From Octopus sinensis (Eukaryota), in the NCBI RefSeq assembly GCF_006345805.1, contig NC_043000.1, positions 87,916,001 to 87,980,000 on the forward strand: DNA of 64,000 nt, written 5' to 3'. The notes beneath the pieces are model-generated. The model did no database searches. It was given only the letters and a program-made list of their open reading frames with translations, and was not told the DNA's origin. This document shows, in pieces, positions 50,808-62,552 of this stretch (positions within the stretch are counted from its first letter, which is position 1; the number at the start of each line of letters is the position of its first letter). The translations under genes were made by a program, and so were the position numbers.

Positions 50808-51030
50808 AGGTGGCGAGCTGGCAGAAACGTTAGCACGCCAGGCGAAATGCTTAGCGGTATTTCGTCTGCTGTTACGTTCTGAGTTCAAATTCCGCCGAGG
50901 TTGATTTTGCCTTTCATCCTTTCGGGGTCAATAAATTAAGTACCAGTTGCACACTGGGGTCGATGTAATCGACTTAATACCTATGTCTGTCCCCTCTGTG
51001 TTTAGCCCCTTGTGGGTAATAAAGAAATAG
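50808..51030 (+). mobile_element. SINE family B, inserted in an RTE tail copy
   Basis: GGCGAGCTGGCAGAAACG head, GAGTTCAAATTCC B-box; TSD GGTATTGGTAA(T/C)GACC. Confidence 0.85.
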
Positions 51031-51989
51031 GTATTGGTAACGACCTCGTTCGAATGTTTTTTTTTCACATGCCACCAGCACAAGTGCTACACTGTTGTAT
51101 TTCATCATTACAAAACATCTTCCTTGTGACCAGCACACTCATGTTCAAATCAGCCCAAACTCATTGAAAATGAATAGATACATTATTGTTTGAATTCTCA
51201 CTCTTCTGCATGAACCTCATGAATTTATTATCGGTTTGGTAGAGATGAGCATGCATCAGCAAATAATTTGTTTACTGCTTTCTATAAAACAAGAGCCAGT
51301 ACTCTTGTCAGATTTCCCAGTCTGAAGAGCTTTAACTGAGGAGGCACATAACAAAGCTGAAACACAACAATGTCTCAAACTCCCCTTGCATCAATGAATT
51401 GTGTGTTATGAACACTCATTGTCTAAAAGGAAGAGATGTTCTCCAATGTTAAAATAAACAACAGGGATCACACATTCATGTTTGAATCTGCCAGAACACA
51501 TTAAGGATGGAAGTGCATTATTAAACAACATACTTGCTGTTCTGTGTGCATCTCCTGAATTAAAATAAATTGACCATGATTATAGTAAACCATTCAATGA
51601 CAACAGATAAGAGAATCTTTCTGGGTAAATCAACTTGCTTGCATGGGTCAGATAAAACTCATTCAGGCAGATTTCCAATGGCTAGATGCCATTCCTGTCA
51701 CCAACATTCACCTGTTTCCATATAAAGTAATATTCCTCTTCTTCCATGGCTTATTCTATCAGTCTCTTTAACCGAACCACTAGGTAATGGGGACTTAAAC
51801 ACACATATACACACAAACACACATATGTATGTATACATATAATGGGCATTTTTCAGTTTTTGACTACCAAATCCACTCACAAGGCTTTGGTCAGCCTGAG
51901 GCTATTGTAGAAGACACTTGCCCAAGATGACATACAGCAGGACTGAACTGGGACCCATGTGGTTCGAAAGCAACTATGCCTGCATCTAT

Positions 51990-52352
51990 TTCGAATATTT
52001 GCTGGGAAATATATATCCAGTGGATCTCAAGGCAAATAGAAATGGTTAAGCTGTAAAAGAGGCTAACCATTTGGGTGTGAAATTAATTAGTGTAGATGGA
52101 AAGGTTGAGACGAGTATTTATAATAAGACTGATAGTTATAATTTCGACATTACATCATTGCCTTGTACAGTTAGCTGAATTCTTCTTTGGATGGGTTATA
52201 ACGTGTTGTCCAGTTAAGCCATTAGATATGGCAAAATTATAAATAAAGTTGAAATGTGTTTGGATAAGGTTAATATGTTAAAGGTGCACATGGAAAAACA
52301 AGGTTATAGTAATAAAAGGCTGATTAAATGTTTTAACCGTTGTTTAGATTAA
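51990..52352 (+). mobile_element. Degenerate Penelope-like element RT C-terminal region (Naiad/Hydra-like type)
   Basis: One frame: FEYLLGNIYPVDLKANRNG*AVKEANHLGVKLISVDGKVETSIYNKTDSYNFDITSLPCTVS*...GYNVLSS*AIRYGKI...MEKQGY, matching PLE motifs IYP.EL, IYDK.D.FNF.I, SQLIRY, QGY. Confidence 0.75.
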
Positions 52353-52934
52353 CACAGTGTGATGGTTTTCAGAAAGTATCAAATGATCTTGAGCTTATAG
52401 TTAAGCCTGGAATTGTAAAAACTGCTAGTTTTTTTTTACCTAGTCTAGGTTAAATCACTGTTTAGAAGTTCTGGGGGCTGGTTGCCATTCAATGTTCTGT
52501 ACAATGTCATTTTCACTGATTAGCTGTCATTCACTATAGAGTTCAATGTCACTTCTTTTCATTGGATAGTTAGGATGATTTCTGCCAGTTAACAGATATT
52601 GATCTTTTATGTTTGGGGAGTGTAGGGAGCATTATTTTGATAGCATTTTCGTTTTAGTAGTAAAGGGTAAAGACTCCCTTCAGTGATGAACGACAGTGAG
52701 AGTGCACCTAGAAAGTACCCCCCAAGGCACAAGTCCAGGCAAGGTTGTTTATGGAAGATCCATGATACCAATGTTATCCAAGGGAAAGGCCAATACAGCT
52801 TGGCACCAATGATGTCGCAACTCATTTCTACAGCTGGAGAAACATGAAATAAAGTGTCATGCTCAAGAACACAAGATGCAGTCCAGTCTGGAAATCAAAC
52901 TCACTACCTCATGATTGTGAGCCTGACACTAACC

Positions 52935-55766
52935 CAGTGGTTCCCAAACTTCTTTCCTTCATGGCGCACCTTACAGGAAGTCAAAATAATTTGGTGCACT
53001 TTGTACATATATTCTCAAATTTATTCAAAAGGGATTTTATACATATTAGCATAGCAATAAACTATGAAGTAAGATATAGATAATTAAAAGTACAGAAAAA
53101 TTGCATGTACTTACTCTTTATTCAATATTGGAAGCAAAGTTGTCAATGAGAAACATGTGCTTGATGTTTTTTGGAAACATTTTCAATATTGGGACATATT
53201 TGGGAAAGACAAACCCTCATTTTTTCTTCGATACAATGGAGCCTCTCTCTCCTTTTGGATTTGATGTTATTGAGGATTGAAAATCTCAAGTCACATAAAT
53301 ACGATGTGGAAAAATGCATTTTAAGCTTTTTTTTTTTACTACTGAGGGGGTATTCTCCTATAATAGCAATCCAAAATGTATCAATAGGTAACTCAGTATA
53401 CTTGATTTTAAGTCCGCAATCACTGGATATAGATGTCAATTCCTCTTCACATATTTTCAGATCAATATTAGATGGAATTTTTATGAAGGGATTTTAAACC
53501 CAATCATACTCTTCTGTGTTCAATGATGGAAAATAAAAGTTTATTTTTCTTTCCTTCCAGATTTGTCAAATGTTCAAATACAATAGGAATAATTTTTCTA
53601 ATGCAGCTTTTATGTATTAAGGGAAACATTTTGAAGTTACCACCTTCAACTCTATTTTACCAAATTACAACTTTCTTCTTAAATGAAACCAGCTTATCTA
53701 CCGAAGTGAGAATGTTTTCATCTCTACCTTGCATACCTGTGTCGGTGCTATTTAATTGTGCAAATATCTATGTTAAACATGCCAACTTGGAAACCCCAAA
53801 TTCACATTGTAAATATTCTAAGAAGCGTTCATGTTTTTCTTCTTCAAAAAATGCATGCAATTCCTTCTGGAGTTCATGTATGCGATGTAGCACCTTACCT
53901 TTTGAGAGCCATTTGACTTTTGTGAGTAAAAGTAAGCGCTTGTGCTGGGAATCCATATCAACACAAATTTCTTCAAATAAACAACACCTCAATGGCCTAC
54001 TTTGAATATACTTAACCATTTCAACAACATGGTTTAATACTTGCTTTAACTCAAATGGTATTGTTTTTGAAACTAGTACCTCCTTATGTAGGAAGCAATC
54101 AGTATGTATATTAGGATTTTGATGTTGTACGGGCAATACAAAACCTTTAATAGAGCTTATCATAGATGGTGCCCCATAGGTACATATTCTGACACCTGAA
54201 TTCCAGGATAAATTCCATTTTTTGAGGTCAGCAGATAAAATGTCAAAAATATCTTGATGTCTTGTAGTGAGTGGCATTTCTTAAAGTGAATAAATGCAAG
54301 TAATTGTGTTTTATTGCTAATGTCAGTTGATTCATCAACCTGTAGAGCAAAATCTGAGTTCTGAAGTTTGTTCTGTACATTTTCCTCTGTATCAGCAGAT
54401 AAATCCATAATTCACCTACGGATTGCATTATTTGAGAGCGGAATCTTACTTATTTCTTGCTCGGCTTCATCACCTAACATGGTTTTAACCATCTTTCTAC
54501 AAGCGGATTAGATAATTGACTTGGCTAAATAATACCTCAATGGCCTACTTTGAATATGATTAACCATTTCAACAACATCGTTTAATACTTACTTTAACTC
54601 AACTGGTATTGTTTTTCAAACTAGTACCTCCCTACGTAGGAAGTAATGAGTATGCATGACATTAGGATTTTGAAGTTGTACAAGCAATTTCGTTTGTAGT
54701 GCAATCATTTCAGCTATCTCAATAGATGCAACATGAACCTTTTCAGAAGCATTCATCCTTTTTTTCAAAATAGTTTCTTTGTCTAGATTGCTGTTCTAGC
54801 AGTCTTTGGAAATAATTCAAATCTTTACATTGAAGATGTGAGTGTTTAGTTGTAAAATGTCTTTTCAACTTGCCAGGCAACATGTCTTTGTTAGACATCT
54901 TTTCAACATAAACAACACACAGCAGAAGAGGTTGATCCTTGTTGCCAGTCCAATAAAACCCAAACTTTAAACAGCTATTACAATATTTATGATTTGGTCG
55001 AGCTTTCACATTGTTATCACTACGCTTAATTGTTTTTGACAAACCTTCACTTTCAGATTCATAATCATCACAGTTATTTTTTCTCTTAATAAACTTATCC
55101 ATTTTATGGATAATTTAGTCTGTTAATATGAATTGTCTCAGACAAATAGCACAGATTACCAGCAGAGTCAAACTGAGACTGAGACAAGTGACCAGTGAGC
55201 TGTGAAAAGTTGCAGCATTTCACATTATTGAACTTGTTTGAGAAGTCTTTCAAAATTAATTGAAAAGATGAATATTCTTGCCACTACATGGATAAAAAAA
55301 AACTGCAATACAGCCACAAGACGTGAGGATGTATTAAAAGATTTAGTTCAGCATTGTATATTTTAGTTCAATAGTTTATTTTTCACATTTATTATTGAAA
55401 TGAAAACTGCTGAGGCAATGACTGAAATAAAATGAAACATAGTCATGCACTGAATATCCATAAGATGTCAATTTCGAGGATAGATTGATGCTAATTTAGT
55501 TCTTATCCTTATGAAATTTCAGATTCAAAATTGAATAACACTGTCATACCATAATTAGCCTACATAAATTGAATGACACAACCGCCTCTCATTCTTGAGA
55601 ACTTAGTATTTAGTTTTTTGCCACTTTGGCATTTATATTTCAACTTACTAGTGAATTTCGGTTTATATTTTTCATATTTTGAAATATAATCTTATTTTTT
55701 CGAGGCACACCTAGCAACATCTTGCAGTGCACCAGTGCACCATGGCACACGGTTTGGGAACCACTA
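52935..55766 (-). mobile_element. hAT transposon (Buster/Charlie, ZBED5/FAM200-like transposase), decayed
   Basis: TIRs CAGTGGTTCCCAAAC / GTTTGGGAACCACTA; 8-bp TSD CACTAACC / CTCTAACC; fragments with BED finger (CVV..KLKRHFTTKH), FALQVDESTDIS, DCFLHKE.L, KVKWLSKGKVL and STSYLCD.RFS. Confidence 0.93.
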
Positions 55767-56338
55767 CTCTAACCACTGAGCCAGTATTCAATGTTTATAG
55801 TTTCTAAGTGTATATGTTGATTTAAACTACATATATATTTATTTATACTATAATTAAGAGTAATTTGATTTGTTCCCACGTAACAAGCTCATTAGCCGTT
55901 TATTTATAATGAATTATTTAGTCTCTTTGTAGCTAAGTGTTATTAATTATTGGTTTTAATTATAGATGCATATAAATTTATACGTAAATAATTTTTTGAA
56001 ATTTAATTAAAGTCTTTTTCTCTTATTTTTTTTATTGTTTTACTTTTAATAAGCAGTTTATTTTGGTTAGTATATTCTATAGTATTGAACTTCTTTCAAA
56101 GATATTGATCTAAGTTTATCATTTTCCTTGTGTATAGTTTGAGGACATTGTTTACACGATGTACTGTTTCACTACTCATTATTAGGCTTGTTTTTGGGTG
56201 TGTATCATGTTCATGATGTGATGTTGATTAAACAACAAAGTATTTAGTTATCTATGTTTGTTGTACTATCTTAATGACTTTTTTGGAATTAGTTCTTTGT
56301 TATGAATACTATTTTGTAGCTAAATGTTATCAATATTT

Positions 56339-56538
56339 ACTCTTTTACTTGTTTCAGCCATTTGACTGTGGCCATGCTGGAGCACCGCCTTTAGTCGAGC
56401 AAATCAACCCCAGGACTTATTCTTTGTAAGCCTAGTACTTATTCTATTGGTCTCTTTTGCCAAACTGCTAAGTTATGGGGACGTAAACACACCACCATCA
56501 GTTGTCAAGTGATGTTGGGGAGATAAACACAAACATAA

Positions 56539-56581
<43 letters not shown>

Positions 56582-56742
56582 ATACGATGGGCTTCTTCCA
56601 GTTTCTGTCTACCAAATCCACTCACAAGACTTTGGTCGGCCCGAGACTATAGTAGAAGACACTTGCCCAAGGTGTCACACAGTGGGACTGAACCCGAAAC
56701 CATGTGGTTGGTATGCAAGCTACTTACCACACAGCCACTCCT
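56339..56742 (-). mobile_element. SINE family A
   Basis: Reverse complement of 8748-9156; other copies at about 16970-17335, 22518-22830, 30940-31320 and 51745-51985. Confidence 0.88.
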
Positions 56743-56875
56743 ATGTTGTTACATAAGCTGGTAGATTTACAGGTAGTGTTTATATTTTTAATGCTGTGGA
56801 CACTTCCAAATTTAATGGTACTGCCGGGTGTCAAAACCAAAGTGATATCTGACTGCACAGCTGGTGAAGGGAATA

Positions 56876-57104
56876 CACTAACTACCAGTCTATGTTGTGG
56901 GGTACATTCTTCACCTGGGAAGGTTTTGGCATTTATAAGCAGCCATCTTTCCCTTTTTCTGGCAAGGATGTAGTGAGATTTGACTAGTATGTCGGCCCGA
57001 TTGGTAGGTGACTAAGTGGCTGGTAGGTTTCCTGAAGTTAGTGTTGCAAACCATAAGACTATTCGCATCGTAGAACTCCAGCAACCTGGTTCCCTCCTCG
57101 TTGC
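56876..57104 (-). mobile_element. Inverted fragment of the same RTE family (endonuclease region)
   Basis: Reverse complement of 58249-58456 plus 21 extra nt. Confidence 0.9.
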
Positions 57105-57440
57105 CGGACTACTTCTGTAGTGTGCCAACAGATGGCAGCATACGATTGCCTGTGCAGTGAGAGCTAGCAATGACCTTCATAAGGCAGTGTGCTGAGGGAA
57201 CATCGTTATGTTTACTTCGTAAGTTGTGAAATTTGTGATCTCATGTGTGCTGTAGTCTGTGATTTTGTCATAGAACATGAAATTGGAACAAAGAGCCAAT
57301 ATGAAATTTTACGTTAAACTTGGGAAGTCTGCTATAGAAACATTGAGCATGCTTTGGCAAGCTAACAGCAACGTGGCAGTGGGTTAGATACAATGTTTCA
57401 AGTGGCACAGGGACACGACAGACCCACAGCTCAATCAAAA
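57105..57440 (+). mobile_element. mariner 5' fragment
   Basis: MKLEQRANMKFYVKLGKSAIETLSML from about 57277. Confidence 0.7.
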
Positions 57441-57469
57441 GTGTGCTCATAATTTTTTTGCGACATCCA

Positions 57470-57755
57470 TTGACCAAAACTGCCCTCTTCCAACTGTTAA
57501 ACATGGAGGAGGATCTGTGATGATCTGGGAAAGGTGGGGCTATATCTAGGAAATCAACCAGCCCAATGGTTGTCCTTCAAGGTAGAATTAATTGTCAAGA
57601 CTATTCAAGCATTTTATAGGATCAAATTCATCCTATGGTTGCAGAACTGTTTACTGAGTGAAACACAATCTTTCAGGATGATAATGCACCAATTTACACA
57701 GCTAAAGTTGTTATTGAATGGCACGAGGAACATTCTAGTGATGTTGAATATCTCA
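57470..57755 (+). mobile_element. Tc1-like transposase fragment
   Basis: PTVKHGGGSVMIW...IFQDDNAPIYTAKVVIEW motifs with frameshifts. Confidence 0.8.
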
Positions 57756-57757
57756 AT

Positions 57758-60700
57758 GTTGGCACTCTCAATGTTGACACACTGAAAGGTAGGTCTGGCG
57801 AGATTGTTGAGTTGCTTGAACGGAGGTATGTTGATATGTGCTGCATTCAAGAAGTGAGGTGGAGAGGAGGTTCTGCTAGGTTCCTCACAGGCAAAGAACA
57901 CAGGTACAAGATTTTCTGGGCTGGGAACACTGACGGGGTCGGGGGCGTGGGTATACTTATCGCTGAAAAATGGGTAGATAAGATCATTGAAGTAGTCAGA
58001 GTATGCGACAGAATACTTAAGATTAGATTAGTGCTTCATCATGGATTAGCAACCATTATATCGGCCTATGCCCCTCAGCCAAGACTGCCCGATGGACAGA
58101 AAGACCGATTCTATGACACCCTACTGCAGACTACCTCATTGACGAACGACAGGGACCTTCTCTTTGTGGCTGGTGACTTCAATGGGCATGTTGGACTACA
58201 TGCTGGGGGGCTTCCATGGCGTACATGGAGTCTACGGTTATAGTTCTCGCAACGAGGAGGGAACCAGGCTGCTGGAGTTCGGCGATGCGAATAGTCTTAT
58301 GGTTTGCAACACTAACTTCAGGAAACCTACCAGCCACTTAGTCACCTACCAATCGGGCCGACATCCTTGCCAGAAAAAGGGAAAGATGGCTGCTTATAAA
58401 TGCCAAAACCTTCCCAGGCGAAGAATGTACCCCACAACATAGACTGGTAGTTAGTGACTTTAGGATCAGGACTAAGAGGATGACCAGAAGACGACCAAGA
58501 TGGAGAAGAAGGGTCTGGAAACTTAAAGATCCTGCGAATGGACAGAGCTTTAGAGACATTTTACTTGAAGCCTTTGATGAAATAGAAGGGGATATAGCTT
58601 CACATGGGGTAGAAGACAACTGGAGGTCTCTAAGGGACAACCTGCTGAGAGCCACTGACCAGATCTGTGGTTGGTGCAAAGTCCCCTCAAGACCCAAAAT
58701 AACGTGGTGGTGGAACAATATTGTTGACAGGGTTATTAGACAAAAGAAACAAGCTTGGAAAGACTGGAAGAACGGTGGTAGCAGGGAAGTAGATAAGAAA
58801 AAATTTGCCAATGTTCTGCGCCGTGAGGATGAAAGACTTGAGGTATTTTGTGTTGCAAGACAGTGTGTGAGAGAGAATCATGATGTGGTAGGAGAGAAAT
58901 GTGTTCGCATGGATGATGGTTCACTTGCGCTAAATGAGGATGCAAAGAGAGAGGTTTGGAGACGCCACTATGAAAGGTTGCTGAATAAAGAAAATGAACG
59001 GGATAAAGAGAGTCTGCCGATTGTCAACCCAACAGAGGGACCAGCTATCCGAGTTGACAGTTCCTTGGTAGTTAAGGCAATTAGAAGCATGAAGACAGGG
59101 AAAGCCCCAGGCCCATCAGGAATTACTGCAGAGATGCTCAAAATATCTGGTAGTGTTGGCTATAACCTAGTCACCCGTATAGTTAGCCAGGTGATACACG
59201 AAGGAGTCATTCCCAATGACTGGTGTAGCAGCATACTAGTCAACTGCAACAAAGGTAAAGGTGACGCCCTAGATACAAATAATTACAGGGGTATCAAGCT
59301 GTTGGATCAGGTAATGAATGTTACAGAGAGGGTCATAGCCCAACTAATTAGAGAGAGAGTTAGTTTAGATGAGATGCAGTTTGGGTTCGTGCCAGGGAAA
59401 AGTGCTACTGATGCAATATTCCTGGTAAGACAGCTGCAGGAGAAATACCTAGCCAAAGATAAGCCCCTGTACCTGGCTTTTGTTGACATGGAGAAAGCCT
59501 TCGACAGGGTCCTCCGATCCCTTATCTGGTGGTCAATGAGGAAACTAGGGATAGATGAATGGCTAGTGAGAGCTGTGCAAGCCATGTACAGGGACGCTGC
59601 TAGTAAGGTGAGGGTTGGCAATGAGTACAGTGAAGAATTCCGGGTAGAGGTTGGAGTCCACCAAGGTTCAGTCCTCAGCCCCCTCCTATTTATCATAGCC
59701 CTCCAGACAATAACGGAGGAATTCAAGACAGGATGCTCCCGGGAGCTCCTCTATGCTGATGACCTTGCTCTAATTGCTGAGTCACTATCAGAACTGGAGG
59801 AGAAGTTTCAGGTGTGGAAGCAAGGATTAGAATCGAAGGGCCTTAGAGTCAACCTAGCCAAAACCAAAGTCCTAATAAGTAGGAAGGTAGACAAATCACA
59901 AACGCCTTCAGGTAGATGGCCCTGCTCCATCTGTAGAAAAGGCGTAGGTAGAAACTCTATAAGATGCACCAAGGGTAAGCTATGGACACATAAGTGGTGC
60001 AGCAATATCAAAGGAAGGCTAACTAGGAAAATAGTTTTTGTATGTGGCAGATGCTCAGGAGCAATAAACACTGAAAATGTGCAGAGACCAACTTCCACCA
60101 CATTCCAGGGAGAAAAGCTAGAAATAGTTGATAGCTTCCGTTACCTAGGTGACCAAGTCAGTAGCGGGGGTGGGTGTGCTGAAAGTGTAACTGCTAGAGT
60201 AAGAATAGCCTGGGCAAAGTTCAGAGAACTCTTACCTCTGCTGGTGACAAAAGGCCTCTCGCTCAGAGTAAAAGGCAGACTGTATGATGCATGTGTACGA
60301 ACGGCCATGCTACATGGTAGTGAAACATGGGCCGTGACTGCTGAGGATATGCGTAAGCTTGCAAGAAATGAAGCCAGTATTCTCCGTTGGATGTGTAATG
60401 TCAGTGTTCGTACTCGACAGAGTGTAAGTACCTTGAGAGAAAAGTTGGACCTAAGAAGCATCAGTTGTGGTGTGCAAGAGAGACGTTTGTGCTGGTATGG
60501 TCATGTGACGAAAATGGATGAAGATAGTTGTGTGAAAAAGTTCCACACTCTAGTGGTTGAGGGAACCTGTGGAAGAGGTAGACCCAGAAAAACCTGGGAC
60601 GAGTTGGTGAAGCACGACCTTCGAACTTTAGGTCTCACTAAGGAAATGACTAGAGACTAAGACCTATGGAAGTATGCTGTGCGTGAGAAGACCCGGCAGG

Positions 60701-61176
60701 ACAAATGAGACCATAACCCATGGCCTCTACCTGGGATGTAGCCAGTCCACTTATGCATACCTTTCCTTCTTGGGACACAAAACTCTACTTGTGAAGACCT
60801 GTTGAGACAAGTGAGAATCAGAATCAAAATTGAAATCGATCAACATCAATGGAAATTGTAGCTGTGATACCAGTGCCGGTGGCACATAAGCGAACCATCC
60901 AAACGTGGCTGTTGCCAGCCTCACCTGGTCCCCGTGCCATTGGCACGTAAAAAGCACCATCCTATTGTGGCCGCTGCCAGCCACACCTGGCCCCTGTGTC
61001 GGTGGCACGTAAAAAGCACCATCCGACCGTGGTTGGCGTTAGGAAGGGCATCCAGCCATAGAAACATTGCCAGATCAGACTGGGCCTGGTGCAGCCTTCT
61101 GGCCTCCCAGACCCCAGTTGAACCGTCCAACCCATGCTAGCATGGAAAGCGGATGCTAAATGATGATGATAATGAT
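57758..61176 (+). mobile_element. Near full-length RTE-clade LINE (APE endonuclease, RT, 3' UTR, (TGA)n tail)
   Basis: GTLNV...IQEVRW...SAYAPQ...GDFNGHVG; RT ORF 58480-60660 with QFGF, VHQGSVLSPLLF, YADDLAL, YLG and GRPRKTW; frameshifts near 58205 and 58361. Confidence 0.95.
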
Positions 61177-61308
61177 ATATATATATATATATATACTCCT
61201 CTGTATATATATATATATATACTACTACTAATATAGGATGAAGTTTTTTACAGAAAAAATTTCATCAAAAAGGTGGCAGCATATTAAAATACATTTAAAG
61301 GTTAAAAT

Positions 61309-61725
61309 TATAAACAACTTATAAACAAGGGCAAAAGAAAATTCTTTCCATGCCATGGTGGAGAACAGTTCACACATGTACTGAGGCTAGCCAACGGATT
61401 TTATATTTAGATATAACTGGGGTACTTATATATACTCATGACTTTTGCTTCGGCTTTTTTTCCATGGGCGCATATAAGTATCTCATTTATTTCTTTTCGT
61501 ATTTTCTACAGAAGAGGAAAAAATCTATGAGATTAATTCTGAAATTGATTCAATATAGAAATAACAAACTTTTTAAAAAAATTCTATTGACTAGCTTCCC
61601 GATTTCAGTACAACGTATTTCTGTAGTGAGTATATAATATGTGGAAATTGACAATCTAAAAGTCTGTTATTAGCACATTGGCATGGAAATGATTTTCTTT
61701 TGCCCTTGTTTATAAGTTGTTTATA
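61309..61725. mobile_element. Element bounded by 47-bp inverted repeats (MITE or Penelope-type inverted end)
   Basis: 61309-61355 versus 61679-61725, 2 mismatches; TA-rich flanks. Confidence 0.7.
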
Positions 61726-61744
61726 TATATATATATGCTTAGTC

Positions 61745-62552
61745 TCCCAAATTAGCAATGGGGTGGAGAGAGTTCTGAAAGTGTAGTTACTAGGATAAGA
61801 ATGGACTGGGCAAAGTTCAGAGAGCTTCTACCATTGTTGGTAACTAAGGGCTTCTCAGAGTGAAAGGTAGATTGTATGATTCCTATATACATACAGATAT
61901 GTTAAATGGCAGTAAAACGTGGACTTTGAGTACAGAGGGCTTGTGAAGGCTTGAAAGAAATGAAGCTAGCATGCTCCACTGGATGGGTAATGTCAATGTG
62001 CATGCACAACAGAGTATAAATGATTTAAGAAGAAAACTGGGTATAAGAGGCATCGGATGTTGTGTGCAAGAGAGAAGACTGCAATGGTTTGGTCATGTGT
62101 ATGGCTGAGTACAGCCGCTGAGCTCTAATTACGGAGGGTACCTGTGGAAGGGGTAGACCCAGGAAGACGTGGGATGAAGTGGTGAGAAAGGATCTTTGGA
62201 TGTTGGGCCTCACTGAGAAAATGACAAAGGATCGGGAGATATGGCAATTTGTTGTACTTGATAAAACATGCCAAGCTAAGTAAAATCGCTTGTCCTTTCA
62301 GGTACTGGTACCACTAAAAAAGTACCCATGCCAGTGCTATGTTAATGGGCCCATGCTGGTGCTGCATAAATACATCCACACCACTGGTATGTAAAAAGCA
62401 CCCAGTACATGCTGTTGAGCATTTGGCATTAGGAAGGGTAACCAGCCATACAAACCATGCCTCAACAGACAGCTCCTTGCTAACCAGCTCCATGCCAAAT
62501 CATCCAACCCATGCCAGCATGGTAAGTGGACATTATACAATGATGATGATGA
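61745..62552 (+). mobile_element. RTE 3' fragment with tail
   Basis: Similar to 60150-60700 (ctgggcaaagttcagagagct, ggtagacccaggaagac); ends in (GAT)n. Confidence 0.8.
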
